A stretch of 64,000 nt of DNA from Nitrospirota bacterium (GCA_963790205.1 CAWBNQ010000014.1:128001-192000), one strand, 5' to 3'. Positions 41,664 to 53,956 are shown, counted from the first letter of the stretch. Numbers and translations: made by a program. Notes: generated by a model not told the origin, from the sequence alone.

Positions 41664-43084
41664 CCTGTTCTCCTCTTGTCCACCACATACACGCTCCTGG
41701 CTATCGTCTTGGCATAGTCCTTGAGCTCGGCTGCGAGTTCAGAGGCCTCGAGCGGGTCCGAAAGCTTGTGCTGTTCATCGGTCACGATCGCTATCGAGAT
41801 GGTCATGAGCGGAAACCGCATAGCCTCTCCATACCGGGTCTTGCCGAAGATGAAGCCGTTCTCCCGGTCCCCCTTGTCATAAAAATCGGGGATGCGCTCG
41901 TCGAACTGCTTTACGATTTCTGCGCTTATCTCGCGCATCGTCGCCGGTGTCGTGATCACCACAAAATCGTCGCCGCCGACATGGCCCACGAAGTCCTCAG
42001 ACGACCCTTTTGCCTTCACCGCGTCTTCGATGATGCGGGCGGTCTCTTTGATCACGTCGTTGCCGTGGGCATAGCCGTAATGATCGTTAAAGGCCTTGAA
42101 GTTATCCAGATCGAGCACGCAGAACGCAAATGGGTGTTTGGATTCGAGCCGCCGCTTCAGTACGGTTTCTATAGCAATTCCCCCGGGCAGCCGCGTGAGC
42201 GGGCTTGCATCCAGGTACATTTCCTCAAGCTTGCCGAGTCGCCGTCCCATGCGGCGAAAGGCCTCTGACAAACTCCCGATTTCGTCTTGAGTATCGATAC
42301 GGGGATCAACGTAAAAATCTCCCTCGGCGACACGCCCCGCGGCCACTTTAAGCTTGCCGATTGACGAGGCGATGTGGTTGGTCACCACGAGGCTTGCCAG
42401 CACACCGATAATGATACTGAGGACACACAGCACTGCCGTGGTGATGAAAATCGAATCCGCGACACGGCTGATTTTCTTCATATTGGTTTCCTGGGACCGT
42501 TTTGCTTCCGCTGACATGGTTTTAAGGCTTTCTATCACCTGTTCCAGCTTGCTCTTTAATTCATGGTTGGACAGCGCCGAGGCTTCGCTCAGGTTTCCCG
42601 CCATGACCAGCCGCATTTCCTTCATAAAGAGATCGCCGTACTGCCGGTGGAGCTTCTCTATTTTCCTCAAGGGAAAGCTCTCTTGGCCGGGCAGTGATTT
42701 GAGCAAAGCAAGTTTGGCATCGAACTCTTCGCCGCGCTTCCAGAACAGGCTGCGGACATCCGTTCGCATTAAAATCAGGTAGCGATTTTCGTAGCTGTCC
42801 TGGGCAAGAATAGCGTCGAGCATGTCGTCGGCCGCTTCCTGAACCGGCACATCGACCCGGATGACGCCGTTATTCAGTCCGTGCAGCCGCAGAAGGCCGG
42901 CGAGGACATAGATCACCACGGCCACGGTGAGAACGACCAGCAGCATATAGCCCAGCAGCATCTTACGGGCGATACTAAGCCTGGCGAACAGCGTATGAGG
43001 CGTCATCGCCTCCAGCAGGGCCCTTGGTGAAAAAAAATTCATAACCCCCTGTGCAGTGAACGATCTGTGCGCATGAAACTGCAA
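41660..43084 (-). CDS. Membrane HAMP-GGDEF diguanylate cyclase (start may be near 43042 or 43006)
   Basis: Two TM helices, HAMP DEIGSL, DLDNFKAFNDHYG, GHVGGDDF. Confidence 0.88.
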   Translation of the reverse strand: MQFHAHRSFTAQGVMNFFSPRALLEAMTPHTLFARLSIARKMLLGYMLLVVLTVAVVIYVLAGLLRLHGLNNGVIRVDVPVQEAADDMLDAILAQDSYENRYLILMRTDVRSLFWKRGEEFDAKLALLKSLPGQESFPLRKIEKLHRQYGDLFMKEMRLVMAGNLSEASALSNHELKSKLEQVIESLKTMSAEAKRSQETNMKKISRVADSIFITTAVLCVLSIIIGVLASLVVTNHIASSIGKLKVAAGRVAEGDFYVDPRIDTQDEIGSLSEAFRRMGRRLGKLEEMYLDASPLTRLPGGIAIETVLKRRLESKHPFAFCVLDLDNFKAFNDHYGYAHGNDVIKETARIIEDAVKAKGSSEDFVGHVGGDDFVVITTPATMREISAEIVKQFDERIPDFYDKGDRENGFIFGKTRYGEAMRFPLMTISIAIVTDEQHKLSDPLEASELAAELKDYAKTIARSVYVVDKRRTG

Positions 43085-43247
43085 AAACCGTGTAGTCTTC
43101 CCCTGAAAGATGTTGAGATAGGGAGGCGGGCTGCTGAATAATCCGACTACCCATGGTTTGAATCAATCAGCGTGGGGCATTCTCCCGGTCCTGACCGACC
43201 ATCATGGGTCCGACGGGCCCGCATGAACCGGATTTTTTATTTTTTTA

Positions 43248-43276
43248 AGATTAACAAACTATCATGGTGTTGTCAA
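43248..43276 (-). promoter_or_regulatory. Sigma70-type promoter of the diguanylate cyclase operon
   Basis: TTGACA-N17-TAATCT with extended TG. Confidence 0.6.
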
Positions 43277-43400
43277 TTATAATATGGAAAACACGAAACA
43301 GGGGAATGCGGGAAGAGCACGGGGGGCCGTGCCGTGAACGTGCATCAGAAGGCGTCAATAGTAACAGCGCGGGTGTGTTCTTTTATAATCCACTGCCCGC

Positions 43401-43910
43401 TTACACCCTCACCTCTGCAAAGGTGATCATGTTCGACAGGACCGTGGCCAGCCATGCCATGATCTGTACAGCGACGGGCAGGACAAGGCACGAGAGCGCA
43501 GCCATGGCAGCCCTCTTCTTCGGGGTCTGCTGTTCCGGCAGGGCCGGAACCCTGGCTGTGGTCATGGCGTAGTTCAGGAGGAATGCGAGCGGCAGATAGG
43601 CGAGGACCCTGAGATAGAATTTCGTTTGGAGAATGATCAATATGGCGACCAGCAGGACCACTTCAAGGAACGTGATGAAGAACGTCCTCGTTAAGGACAG
43701 CCTCCACAACTTCTTCGACAGCGCGTTCTTTACGAGCAGTGTCACACCGACGCCGCTCAAGAACATGGCCGAGACGAATACGAAGGTGCAGAAGCATCCT
43801 ACCTCGATGGCGCAGGCAGACGGCGGGAACGCCAGGATCCCCGCCATAAGGACCATCATGAAAAAAGAAAGAGTATGCTCCCTGCCGGGACTCCCGTGAA
43901 CATCCGTCAT
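43401..43910 (-). CDS. Hypothetical membrane protein
   Basis: RBS GGAGG; 4-5 hydrophobic segments. Confidence 0.65.
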   Translation of the reverse strand: MTDVHGSPGREHTLSFFMMVLMAGILAFPPSACAIEVGCFCTFVFVSAMFLSGVGVTLLVKNALSKKLWRLSLTRTFFITFLEVVLLVAILIILQTKFYLRVLAYLPLAFLLNYAMTTARVPALPEQQTPKKRAAMAALSCLVLPVAVQIMAWLATVLSNMITFAEVRV

Positions 43911-44252
43911 AGAGACCTCCCCTGAAAACAGCGGACCGCCGGTCTTTCACCGGGCAGACCAGTGGAACTCGCGATGTATCTCCGAAACCTCCCGGCGCCT
44001 CATTGACCACCAGGATTTTGGACAACCGTCGTTCACCGGAATATTATAGAGTACGCTTCCTCTTGTCAAAGAAAATCGCCGAAAATAAATATAGCTGGGG
44101 AAATTATGATTTTCAGATAAAGTGATGCTGCAATTTGAGCTGACGCCTGCCGTCCCGCGGAGATACAAAGGACGAGAGAGAAGCGCTGGTCCTGCTTTCG
44201 CTACGGCTGGTTCCTCTATTCAAGGAAGAAGATCAAAAAACGGGGATGGTCG

Positions 44253-44477
44253 CTAATTCGTCTTGTGGCAAACCAGGCATTGTCCCTTGGGAGGATGGGT
44301 CGGCTTAAGCGGCGCCTGCTTTGCGGGCCCGTGGCACGCGACGCATCCGGCATCCGTGGTAATGCCGCTGTGCAGGACATCAGACGGAATAGGGGGAACT
44401 TTTTTGCTTGAAGAGAGCAAGAATAAGAGCAGCAGCACAACGAGAATAAAAACTGCAATACCTATGGTATTCTTCAT
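44253..44477 (-). CDS. Small membrane-anchored diheme cytochrome c
   Basis: TM anchor; CVACH and CLVCH plus two extra His. Confidence 0.8.
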   Translation of the reverse strand: MKNTIGIAVFILVVLLLLFLLSSSKKVPPIPSDVLHSGITTDAGCVACHGPAKQAPLKPTHPPKGQCLVCHKTN

Positions 44478-45093
44478 GTCGATAAACCCCCGCTTGGTTT
44501 GTCGGAAATTGTCCCGGGCTCTTTATTAAAACATACTTAGCCCGATGAACAAACGGTCCGCTCCAAAAAGCTTGCCTTTCCCGTGGTGATCAGTAAAAAA
44601 TGATTATGATGAGTTCACATCCACGAATACCTTGTCCAAGGGAACTGTTTTTTGAAAATGCAAATATGCTCCACAATCGTTTTCAGAGGCCCAAATTAAT
44701 TTTACCCGAGTATCTTTGCAAAAGCAATCTCTCGAATGTTCTCAGCTTCGTTTCAGCAGATGGAACTGGGTTTTATTGCAGTCAATCCAAACCCGCGGGC
44801 CCATAACGCCCGCGCTTTCAGCACACACCCGTAGCAGCCGCCCGTTCTCTGTCTGAAGCAGGCCGGCTCTCCCTTCATGCATGCCGTCTTCCGCTGCATT
44901 GAAATCATGATACCATCAGGGACTCCCGGAACGGGAGTTTATTTGTGTAAAACCCAACCGTTAAATCATGGCCCCTGCTTTGATATTCTGCTATAATTTG
45001 TCCATAGATTTCTGATAAATAGCCTTCCTTTTTGAACCTACAGCTCGGACCTTGAATCGTAAATCTTGCATCCCCGTTTTCGAAGGAGCGTTC

Positions 45094-48000
45094 ATGAAGC
45101 ATTATAAATTCGATGTCATCATAATCGGCGCGGGCCCTGCCGGCGTGACTGCCGCGGGCGCGCTCGCGGGAACGGGCATCTCCGTAGCCCTGCTCGAGGC
45201 AGGCGTATACGCCGGGGCCGAGAACTGGTCCGGGTGCGTGTACTTCGCGGAGGGCTTGGCGGAAAAGGACTGTTTCGGGACCGAGGCCGTTCTGAAAGCC
45301 CCGTTCGAGCGGCGCGTGGTCCGTCGCGGCACGCTCGTGCACAACGGTCTTGACGTCGTGGGTGTGGAGCTTACCGACCCGGACGCGTTCAAGAACTGCT
45401 ACACCGTGCTCAGGCCGGTATACGATCCCTACTTCGCGGACCTTGCCCGCAGAAAAGGCGCAATCCACATCACGGAAACGACGGTCACCTCGCTCATCCG
45501 AAAAGACAACAGGGTCATCGGCGCGGAGACGAACCGCGGCCCGCTGTATGCCGACCTTACCTTCATTGCCGAAGGCGACGCGTCGCATCTCGTCCGCGCT
45601 GAACAGCTCGAACGCGCGGCGGAACCGCACTTTCTCCAGGGGGTAAAGGCCGTGCTCTCGCTCAAACCCGAAGAGCTCGAGAAGCGGTTCAGGCTCGGCC
45701 CCGGCGAGGGCGCGGCCTATGAACTGCTCCTCCGGAACGCCTCGATCGGGGGCAGGACCGCAAAGCTGAACGTCGGCGGCTTCCTCTATACGAACCAGGA
45801 CAGCCTCTCCATGGGCTACGTGGTCCCCCTCGACAACGTGCGGAACAACTACCGCGGCAATCACGACAATCTGTTCGAATGGATGAAGGGACTTCCTTTT
45901 ATCAAGGAACTGACGGAGGGAGCCGCGCTTTCAGCCTACGGCACGAAGATCATCAGGAGCGGCGGATGGCGGGAACGGCCGAAACTCATCGAAGACGGGC
46001 TTGTTGTCGGCGGCGCGTCAGCCGGACTCGGCGTCGACCTCCCTTTCCCGAATTTCACCGGCCCTGCCTCGGCAACGGGACTCTATTTTGCGCGGGCAGC
46101 CAGGACCCTCCTCCTGCACGGCCGGACGCCGGACGAGAAAAATCTTGCACAAGAATATCTCGACCCGCTCCGTGAGAGCGTTTACGGAAAGAACGCTCAG
46201 TATCTTTCTCAATGGCCGCATTACTTCGGAAAATCGAAGGTGCTTTTCGGCAGGACCGCGGACATGGCCTGCGGCACGGCCCATTTCCTGTCGAACGGAA
46301 GCCTTATCGAGACCGGGAGGTTCCTCAGAAACCACATCCTCTCCATCCGCGGATTGAAGGAAGCGATCACCGACACCGCACGCATGATCAGCAGCCTCAG
46401 GCTCTGGAAACCGATGGTGACCTCAACGATCAACGCCGGCACCTTCCGGCGCTGGTTTACGAATATCTTTAAAAAAGCTCCCGCGCGCGGGGCAAGGCTC
46501 GGCATCATCCTTCGCATTGCAGGCAAGGATGTTGATGCAACAACCCTGCCCTGGCCCGTGGGCCCGCTGATCAAAAGGCTTTCCCCCGCGCTCCTCAGCG
46601 CGCTCGAGCAAATCTACGGGAACGATGATCAGCCTGTCGGGAAAAAACTTTCAACAGCCTTGCGGCACGTCATAAGGGGCTTGCAGCTGACCGACATCAT
46701 CGTGCTTCCCCTGTTCGGCATGCTTCTCTTCATCATCGCTCTCGGCACGGCACTGTGGGACGCCTTTCGATTCTACGTGCTCAAAACACCGGTGGACCGG
46801 TTTCTTGCCGAGCCGGTGATGGCGTACAACGAATCGCAGAGAAAGGCAAGGGACCTCGACGCGGTCAGACCGGCCGTCAGCCTCGACGCAAAGCTCGCCA
46901 CGAACACCTACCGCGCCGGAACAGTGTCGCACATAAGAACGCTCTGGCCGGAATCGATCAAGGCCCAGCCCGACATGTCCCAGGCCGGGCTCTGGTGGGT
47001 CTGCCCGGCGCGCGTCTACGTCTATGACGCGCCGCCCTTTGCCGGCCGCGGCAGGGTGACGGTGAACTATGAGAACTGCATCAAATGCGAGTCCTGCTGG
47101 CGGGCCGAGCCCGGCCGCGTTCTCTGGGGAAGACACACGGACCACAAGCTCATCTACCGGCCCGAGAGCGCGGCAATGGCGTCCTTGATCGAGACGATGA
47201 AATCAGCGCCTCCGAAACAACAGCAGGCAGCGACGGCCCCGGTCCTGCTCGAAGAAACAGTGTGGTATGTGAGCGACGGGATCAAGCGTTCCTCGCGTGC
47301 CGCGCTGATGGCGTTAACGGCCTTCAGGGACAGCGTGGCAAAACTGCCCTCCTCGGCCGACAAAACGCGGCGGGCATGGCCGTCGGCGCTCGGCAGGAGA
47401 CTCGGAGAAAAGCTCGAGAAGCTCGAAGCGGCGTTCGTGAACGACGGCAGGTCCGCCCAGACCCACATGGTCCGGGCGGAGCGAAATAATCTCGAGGTCA
47501 GGCTTGCCGAAGGAAGATTATTTCATGCGCTCTACTGCTGTCAACGGGTCGAGCAGCGGCTCCAGGCATGGACCGGCGATCGCGAAGACGCGCGGAGCTC
47601 CGACCCGGCAACAACAAATACGGGCAGCACTCTTACCTACGATGAAGTATCGAGTTTATTCCCCGACAGGGTCGTGAAGCAATGGGAAGAGGGTCCCCTG
47701 CCCCCGGAGTGGGCCGGAAAGCTATGGGCCTTCATCTCCGAACATCAGGACGCACCTCAAGACGCCGTGCGCGCGCTCTCGTCCGTCAGTCCCGCGCTCG
47801 GCCTGATCGCCGCGTATCAGTTCCCTGCAGTCGCAGTGCTGGCAAAAGCGGAAATCACCCTGCCTCCCGGCATCTGCGCAGTAGCTTCGGACGATATCGA
47901 CATCCGTGAATCGATCGACAGCGTGAAGCTCCGGGGAACGTTCCATCTTATGCCGCTTGCCGCGTGCAATACTCTTCTCGTTACCGCAAACAATAAAGGC

Positions 48001-51000
48001 CATATCGTTCCGCTTTCCACACCGGGGGTCACGATCACCCCCACGCCGGCGATCGGTTTCAGGGCAGCGGCGCTGTCCGATGTCGTCCTGGACTGCACCG
48101 TGAAAAAACAGGCGCTCATGATCGCCGAGGGGAGAGACGCGCCCGATGCGGCCTCGTACCTCGCGATCGCGTTGGGCGCCGGAGACTATCTCTGCAAAAG
48201 GATAAAGGAGCATGCTGCCGGACGGGTCCAGTTCCCCGGCCAGATGCTCGACACCGAGGGCCGTGACGGCATCGCGAAGCTCGGTGCGGTCAAAGCCATG
48301 ATCGGCCGGACCGAAGCGTGGCGGCTCCTGCTGGAAACCCTGTACAAGACATCGACGGAATCCTCTCCCCTCTGGGGAGAGGGAAAGGGCCTGCACCCAG
48401 CGTTTACGAGTGCGAGTGCAGGGCATGAGGGGGCGCTCCGAACTCAGAACTCCAAACTCGATTTCAACCTCCTCTGCGCCTCGGTCGCCGCCATGGCTTT
48501 CAGTCCCGAGCCGGGCGCCATGGGCTACGACGCGGGCCAGGTCTTCGGCGGGTTCGCCTATTCCGAGGACGACCTGCTTTCGAGGTTCTACCGTGACAGT
48601 TCGCTGTTCAGGTTCCTTGCGCCCGGCTATGGGGCTTCGGCGAAACTGCACGCCGCATTAGGCGAAGAAAGCCGCGATCGGTCCCTTTCCCTTTTCAGCA
48701 GTCTCGATGCCGGCCGCGGAGAGCCGCTGGGACCGCCGGCATTGCGTTTGACGGCAATCACCAGGAAGTGTACGTTGATTTCATCTCGTGCCGATGCTTC
48801 GCTCGCAGGCGAAGCCAAGGCCATCGCGCTGGCTGTTCGCGATCTACTGGCAATAATCGAGAAAGGGCTGGACGAAGGCAAAAGCATGGAGGCCGAGGCT
48901 GCCGCTGTCGAGGTGCTGCTCGCATTAGCTGAAGACGCGGTACAAAAAGCGGAGCTGTCCGCTGGGCGCGGCGCCGTGTCCCCGACGGCCGTATTCCCCG
49001 TCGAACCCGCGGGGAATGAGGTGACACTGGATGCATACTACGAGGCGTTCTGTGCACCTTCGGGAGCGCCGCACAGATCCGGCCGCTTCCTCACGACCGC
49101 ATTCGACCGTTCCGCCCGCTTCGTGCCCGAGATGCAGCTCCATGACGCGAAACTCAGGGCTCGCTGGATCGAACTCGCGGACTGGTTCAAAAAGAACTGC
49201 CGCGACAAAAAGTTCGACGGCCTTCATATCGAGCGCTACATCGAGAAGGTCCACCGTCTGCCCGACGAGGTGCTCCAGGCGGCAAAAGACAACAAATGGC
49301 TCGCCACCACTATCCCCGGAACCGAAGACGGGTTGGGATGGCGGAAAGCGGAATACTACATTTTAAACGCCATGGCCGGCAGCTTCGGCGATGCGGGCAT
49401 CGACCTTTTGATCATGGCGAGCACGAGCATCGGCACTACCCCGATCCTGCTCGGTCTCGAGGAAGAACTGCCGCGCGTGCGCGAAGAGCTGGCGCCCCTG
49501 GCACAGGATGAACGAAAGCTCGGCGAGATCGGCGCGCGGCTCGCGAAGCTCGTCCGGACCCTTTCCAATCCCAACCCCGCCTGGATCAGGAAAGAATACG
49601 AGGCCGTGATGAAGCTCGTTGACGAACGCATTCGCCGCACCCGCGTGGTCAAATACCTTGCCGCCAACTTTCTACGGGCCTTCTACGGCGCGGGCATCGC
49701 CGGCAGGCGCGGAGACTTCAACGGATTTATTTCGAACCTCAAACACGCAGACGAACTGTTCGCAAAGCTCATGCCCGACGTGCAGGCGGCGCTCGATGAG
49801 CTGCCGCGCCGTGAGCGCTGCCACAAGCTCTTTCTCCGCTTTCTCGGCCACGGCGGTGTAAGCGCCTTTGCCCTGACCGAGCCCACGGCGGGGTCCGACT
49901 CGGGCGGGGTCAAGACCACGGCCAAGCTGCAAAGCGCCGGAGCTTACACCGCCTTGACGACGGCAGGTATTCTTTTTATTTGAATGACGACGAGAAGAGC
50001 ACCAGGTACCTGATCGATGCGGACAAGATCGTTTTCCTCGATCACGGCATTGCCTATCACACGCCTGACGGGCAGGTAGCGCCGATCAAGTACGACAAGT
50101 ACGACTACGCGACCGATCAGGGTATTCGCTACTACCTCCGTAACGGGAAGGAATGTCCGTTCCACGACATCGGCCAGGTGCGGGAATCAAATGCCGGACT
50201 CGTGTACGAATATTACAGCATGACGGGCGCAAAGATGTGGATCACGAACGGCAGCATCGCGACCCAGTTCTGTCTCTACGCCCAGACGCCGGAGGGCGTC
50301 ACCGGCTTCATGGTCGACCGGCACGCCGAGGGGCTCAAGGTCGGCGCTGACGAGAAAAAAACGGGCCAGCGCGGCTCGCCCACGAACGAGATATCGATCG
50401 ACAGCGCACGCGTACCGCGCGAGGCAGTCATCGGCTACGAGGGACATGGCCAGGTGAACGCCCTCGAAACTTTGAACGTCGGCCGCTGCGGCCTGGCCGT
50501 GGTGTCCGGCGCGCTCATGCGCAAGCTCATGCAGGAAGCGGCCCAGGCAATCCCCGCCTCGCCCGAACGCGACAGCCTCCTGGGCGAGGCCGCGGCCGTT
50601 CTCTTCGGCAGCGAAACCCTCGCCTATTACCTCGTCGGGCTCTTCGACCGGCCGCATGAGTCGGTGCGCATGGAATCGGCCATAGCTAAATACGTCTGTT
50701 CCGAGGACATCCATGAACTCCTCACGCTCGTGGAGCGCGCCTTCGGCCCGGCGGGCCAGACCGAGAAGTTCCTGCTCGAAAAAGCGCGCCGCGACAGCCG
50801 CATCCTCACGATCTACGAAGGCACGAACGAAGTGCAGCGCTTTCTGATCATTAAAAGACCTGATCGCCCAGGCCGCTTCCTGGCCCGAGCTCACTGAACA
50901 GCAGGAAGACGCCGCCTTGCGAACGCTGGCGTCGTGGAAAAGAAGGCTCCGGCTGCACGTCAAAGAAGCCGCGGCTCTCCTCGGCGACGCCGGCTGGTCC

Positions 51001-53079
51001 GATGCCATGCTTCAGCCCGCCCTGTTCCCGCTTGCCGAGATGGCCGGCGAGATACTTCGGCTTGAATGTATTTATTACCGGGTGAGATGGCTGAACGATT
51101 CAAACGCACTTCTCGCGCAAAACTCTCCGGACTATATACCCGGGATGCAAGCCGCGGCGCAACGCGCTGCCGACAGGGCAATAGCTCGTCTCGAACACCT
51201 CAGCGGAAAATATGTATCAACAGGGGAGCGTGTGAGAGACGGCTTGGACATGCCCGAGGTGGTTATTACAGATGCCGTCCTCGCCGGCATGGCAGCAAAA
51301 CCTTCTCGACACTATGAAGCGCCGGGAGCGCTGTATGCCCCGGTACGCGTCCTCTCCATTGTCAGGCCAATCGCCGACATCTCTCCCGGCCCGAGAGTAT
51401 CGGACGGACAGCTCCGGGAACTTGTCTGGCGGCTGGACCCGTCCGACCTTGCCGGGTTGTCGCACATGTTCGCGCTCAAGTCCCAAAGCGGTCCTCAGGT
51501 GATCGTCGATGTGCTCATGCCCGGCGGCCCCGAGCATGACGCCCTCCTCAGGATGTCCGCGGGTGTTCGCGTTGACGGCCTGCTGCGCCTGGATATCGGT
51601 CCCACTGCGAGACCCGGCGCGTACGTAAAAACCGTGAGAGACCTCGAGGCATTGCAGCAATACGACCTTATCATTATTGGAGCGGATTGCCGGAATGGCG
51701 ACCAAAGTCTCGGCGCTTATCTTGCCGGCGCCCTCAAGAGGCTCCACTATCGCCGCGAGAAGATAGAGGTCAAGACAGACGGCAGCGGTTTTTTACACGT
51801 TGCCCCCCCGGCGGTGATCAGCGTCACGGCCATGACCCCGGAGCCGCTGATGTGCATGACCGATGCCGTCGGTTCTATGATGACGCGAATACGCGTTCTG
51901 GAATTCGCCGGAAAACCCGCTGCGGCGTCCGAACGCTTCGAACAGCCTGCCGGCTCCGCGGCAATCACCCGGATGATCGCCACGGTCGGCCAGGCGGCGG
52001 AATATCTCAAGTCCTTTGCCGCATCTGCGAGCGCAGCTTCTGCGCCGGATTACAAAGGAAGCGTCACGAAGGGCACGTTGAGCGATGGCGATGCGGTCTG
52101 GGCCGTGCTCGATCCAAATGAACCGAGGTCGAACCTGGCTGTTCTTCGCGCATCGCGCATGACAGCGGACCTGCTCGGCAAGAAAATGCGCGCCGCGATC
52201 GCGGCGCCGCGATCGCTGTGGCCGCAGCTTCTGGGGCTTGCCAGGGCGAATGGCTGTGAGCAGGCGTACTGCATCGATACCAGAGGGGGCAGGCTGTCGA
52301 ACGACGGGAAACGCAATCTGCTTCGGTCGCTCATCAAGACGTCTGATGCGACGTTTGTGCTCGCGGGAACGGAGTGGGCCGGTTCCTTCGCCTTTGTGGC
52401 GGGCGAATGGGAAGCTTCGAACAAGACGGTCCTGCTCTGCTCCGGCGTAACGCGCATCGAGAAGCAGGGAACGGGCGGGCTCGTCTTTTCCCTGCCTGTC
52501 TATGAAGGCAAGCTCGTCAGGCTCTGCGCATATGAGAAGGGGCCGGCCTTCGTTACGGTCGCCTTTGAGTCTGACTTCCCCGCCCCTTCAGAGCGGGCCG
52601 ATTTCAAGGTCTCGGCCCTCGCCATTGAAATCGATTCCGACTGGATCATGCCCCTGTTGCCGATCGCTGTGCCCACGCTCTCCCAAGCCGACGTGATCAT
52701 TGACCTCGGCTACGGCATCAGGGACAAAGCGGGATATGAACTGGCGCAGGAGCTGAAGAAGAAACTGGAATCCATGGGCCTCGCGCCCCTGTTCGGCGCC
52801 ACGCGCAAGGTCACGCAGGATTTGAAGCTCCTTCCGCTCGATGCGCAGATCGGCCAGACCGGCGTTCGCGTGAATCCGAAACTCATCATCGCCCTCGGCA
52901 TCTCAGGCGCGCCGCAGCACATCGACTACATCGGCGCGCGCGCGGAAATATTGTGCTTCAACAAGGACACCGAGGCTCCTTTGATGAGGCTCAATCAAAC
53001 TCACGCTTCCCCACGCGTGCATCCGATCGCGGGAGACCTCTTCGTGACCGTGAGGGAGTTGATCGAGAAACTGGGATAG
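45094..53079 (+). CDS. Giant fusion FixC-FixX-ACAD-ACAD-EtfB-EtfA, about 2660 aa (apparent frameshifts near 49940-49955 and 50855)
   Basis: GAGPAG FAD motif; CPARVY...NCIKCESC; AFALTEPTAGSD, KMWITNG, IYEGTNEVQR; ETF-alpha QIGQTG...GISGAPQH; three ORFs join after removing three single bases. Confidence 0.8.
48362..48460 (+). repeat. REP-like palindrome, CCTG...CAGG unit and 7-mers translated in frame inside the fusion protein
   Basis: CCTCTCCCC-TCT-GGGGAGAGG; 24-nt identity with 312-335; CTCCGAA CTCAGAA CTCCAAA. Confidence 0.85.
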
Positions 53080-53100
53080 GGGCTTATTACGGAGGGTAAT

Positions 53101-53946
53101 ATGAACGATCAATTTAAAATCAATGCCGGAAATCCTGCTTGACCGCCCGCTGGCGCCGCCGGAGTTTGCCGGCGCGACAATGCTGAGACGCTCTCAAACG
53201 TTAGCCCGCAGCAGGACCCGGCAGCGATCAAAAGCGCGGTCAGACAGAAGTATGCCGAGGTAGCTGTTTCAGCGGCGGGCAAATTCCAGTATCCTACCGG
53301 CAAAGAGGGCGCGGAGCTCCTCGGATACGACCGCGCCCTTATCCAAAGCGCGCCTCCGCAGCTCCTTGATTCCTTTTGCGGCGTCGGAAACCCCTTTTCA
53401 CTCGGAGAGATCCGTCGCGGGTCGGCTGTGCTGGATGTCGGCTGCGGGGCGGGTTTCGATATGTATGTTGCGGGCCGGCTTGTCGGCGATCAAGGCAGGG
53501 TGTGCGGGATTGACCTGACCTATGAAATGGCGTCCCTTGCCCGGATGAACCTTGCGAAGTCAGATATTGCAAACGTTGAGATCAAAACGGTTGATATGGA
53601 ACACATTCCCTATCCTGACCATTCCTTCGACGTGGTCATATCCAACGGCGTCATCAACCTCTCCCCCTCCAAGCAGGTCACGTTCGAGGAAATCTATCGC
53701 GTTCTGAAGCCGGGCGGGGCACTGCAGTTTGCCGACGTTGTACTGGATAAAGATTTACCTGCATCCCTTGCAGGAAGCGCTGAAGCGTGGTCGCAATGAA
53801 TCGGCGGCGCGATCCCGGTCCGGGATCAAACGAGATTGCTGGAAGAGGCGGGTTTTAAGGAAGTTGAATGGTTGGGGATGACGGGTTTTCGAACCTCGGC
53901 GTATACCGTCGGCGCTCTGTTCAAGGCTCATAAACCGAAATCGTAA
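53101..53946 (+). CDS. ArsM-like SAM-dependent methyltransferase selenoprotein with in-frame UGA at 53140 and 53797
   Basis: RBS GGAGGG; FCGVGNPF, LDVGCGAG, DVVISNGVINL; AWSQ-UGA-IGGA; hairpin after each UGA. Confidence 0.8.
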
Positions 53947-53956
53947 GAGTGAGCAT

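Noticed and set aside
43160..43200. GGTCAGGACCGGGAGAATGC resembling 4.5S SRP helix 8
   Set aside because: The apical stem cannot pair and the AGCAG strand is missing
44560..45050. Possible small ORF or RNA upstream of the giant fusion
   Set aside because: Only one short hairpin (GCGGGC/GCCCGC) and no convincing ORF or RBS
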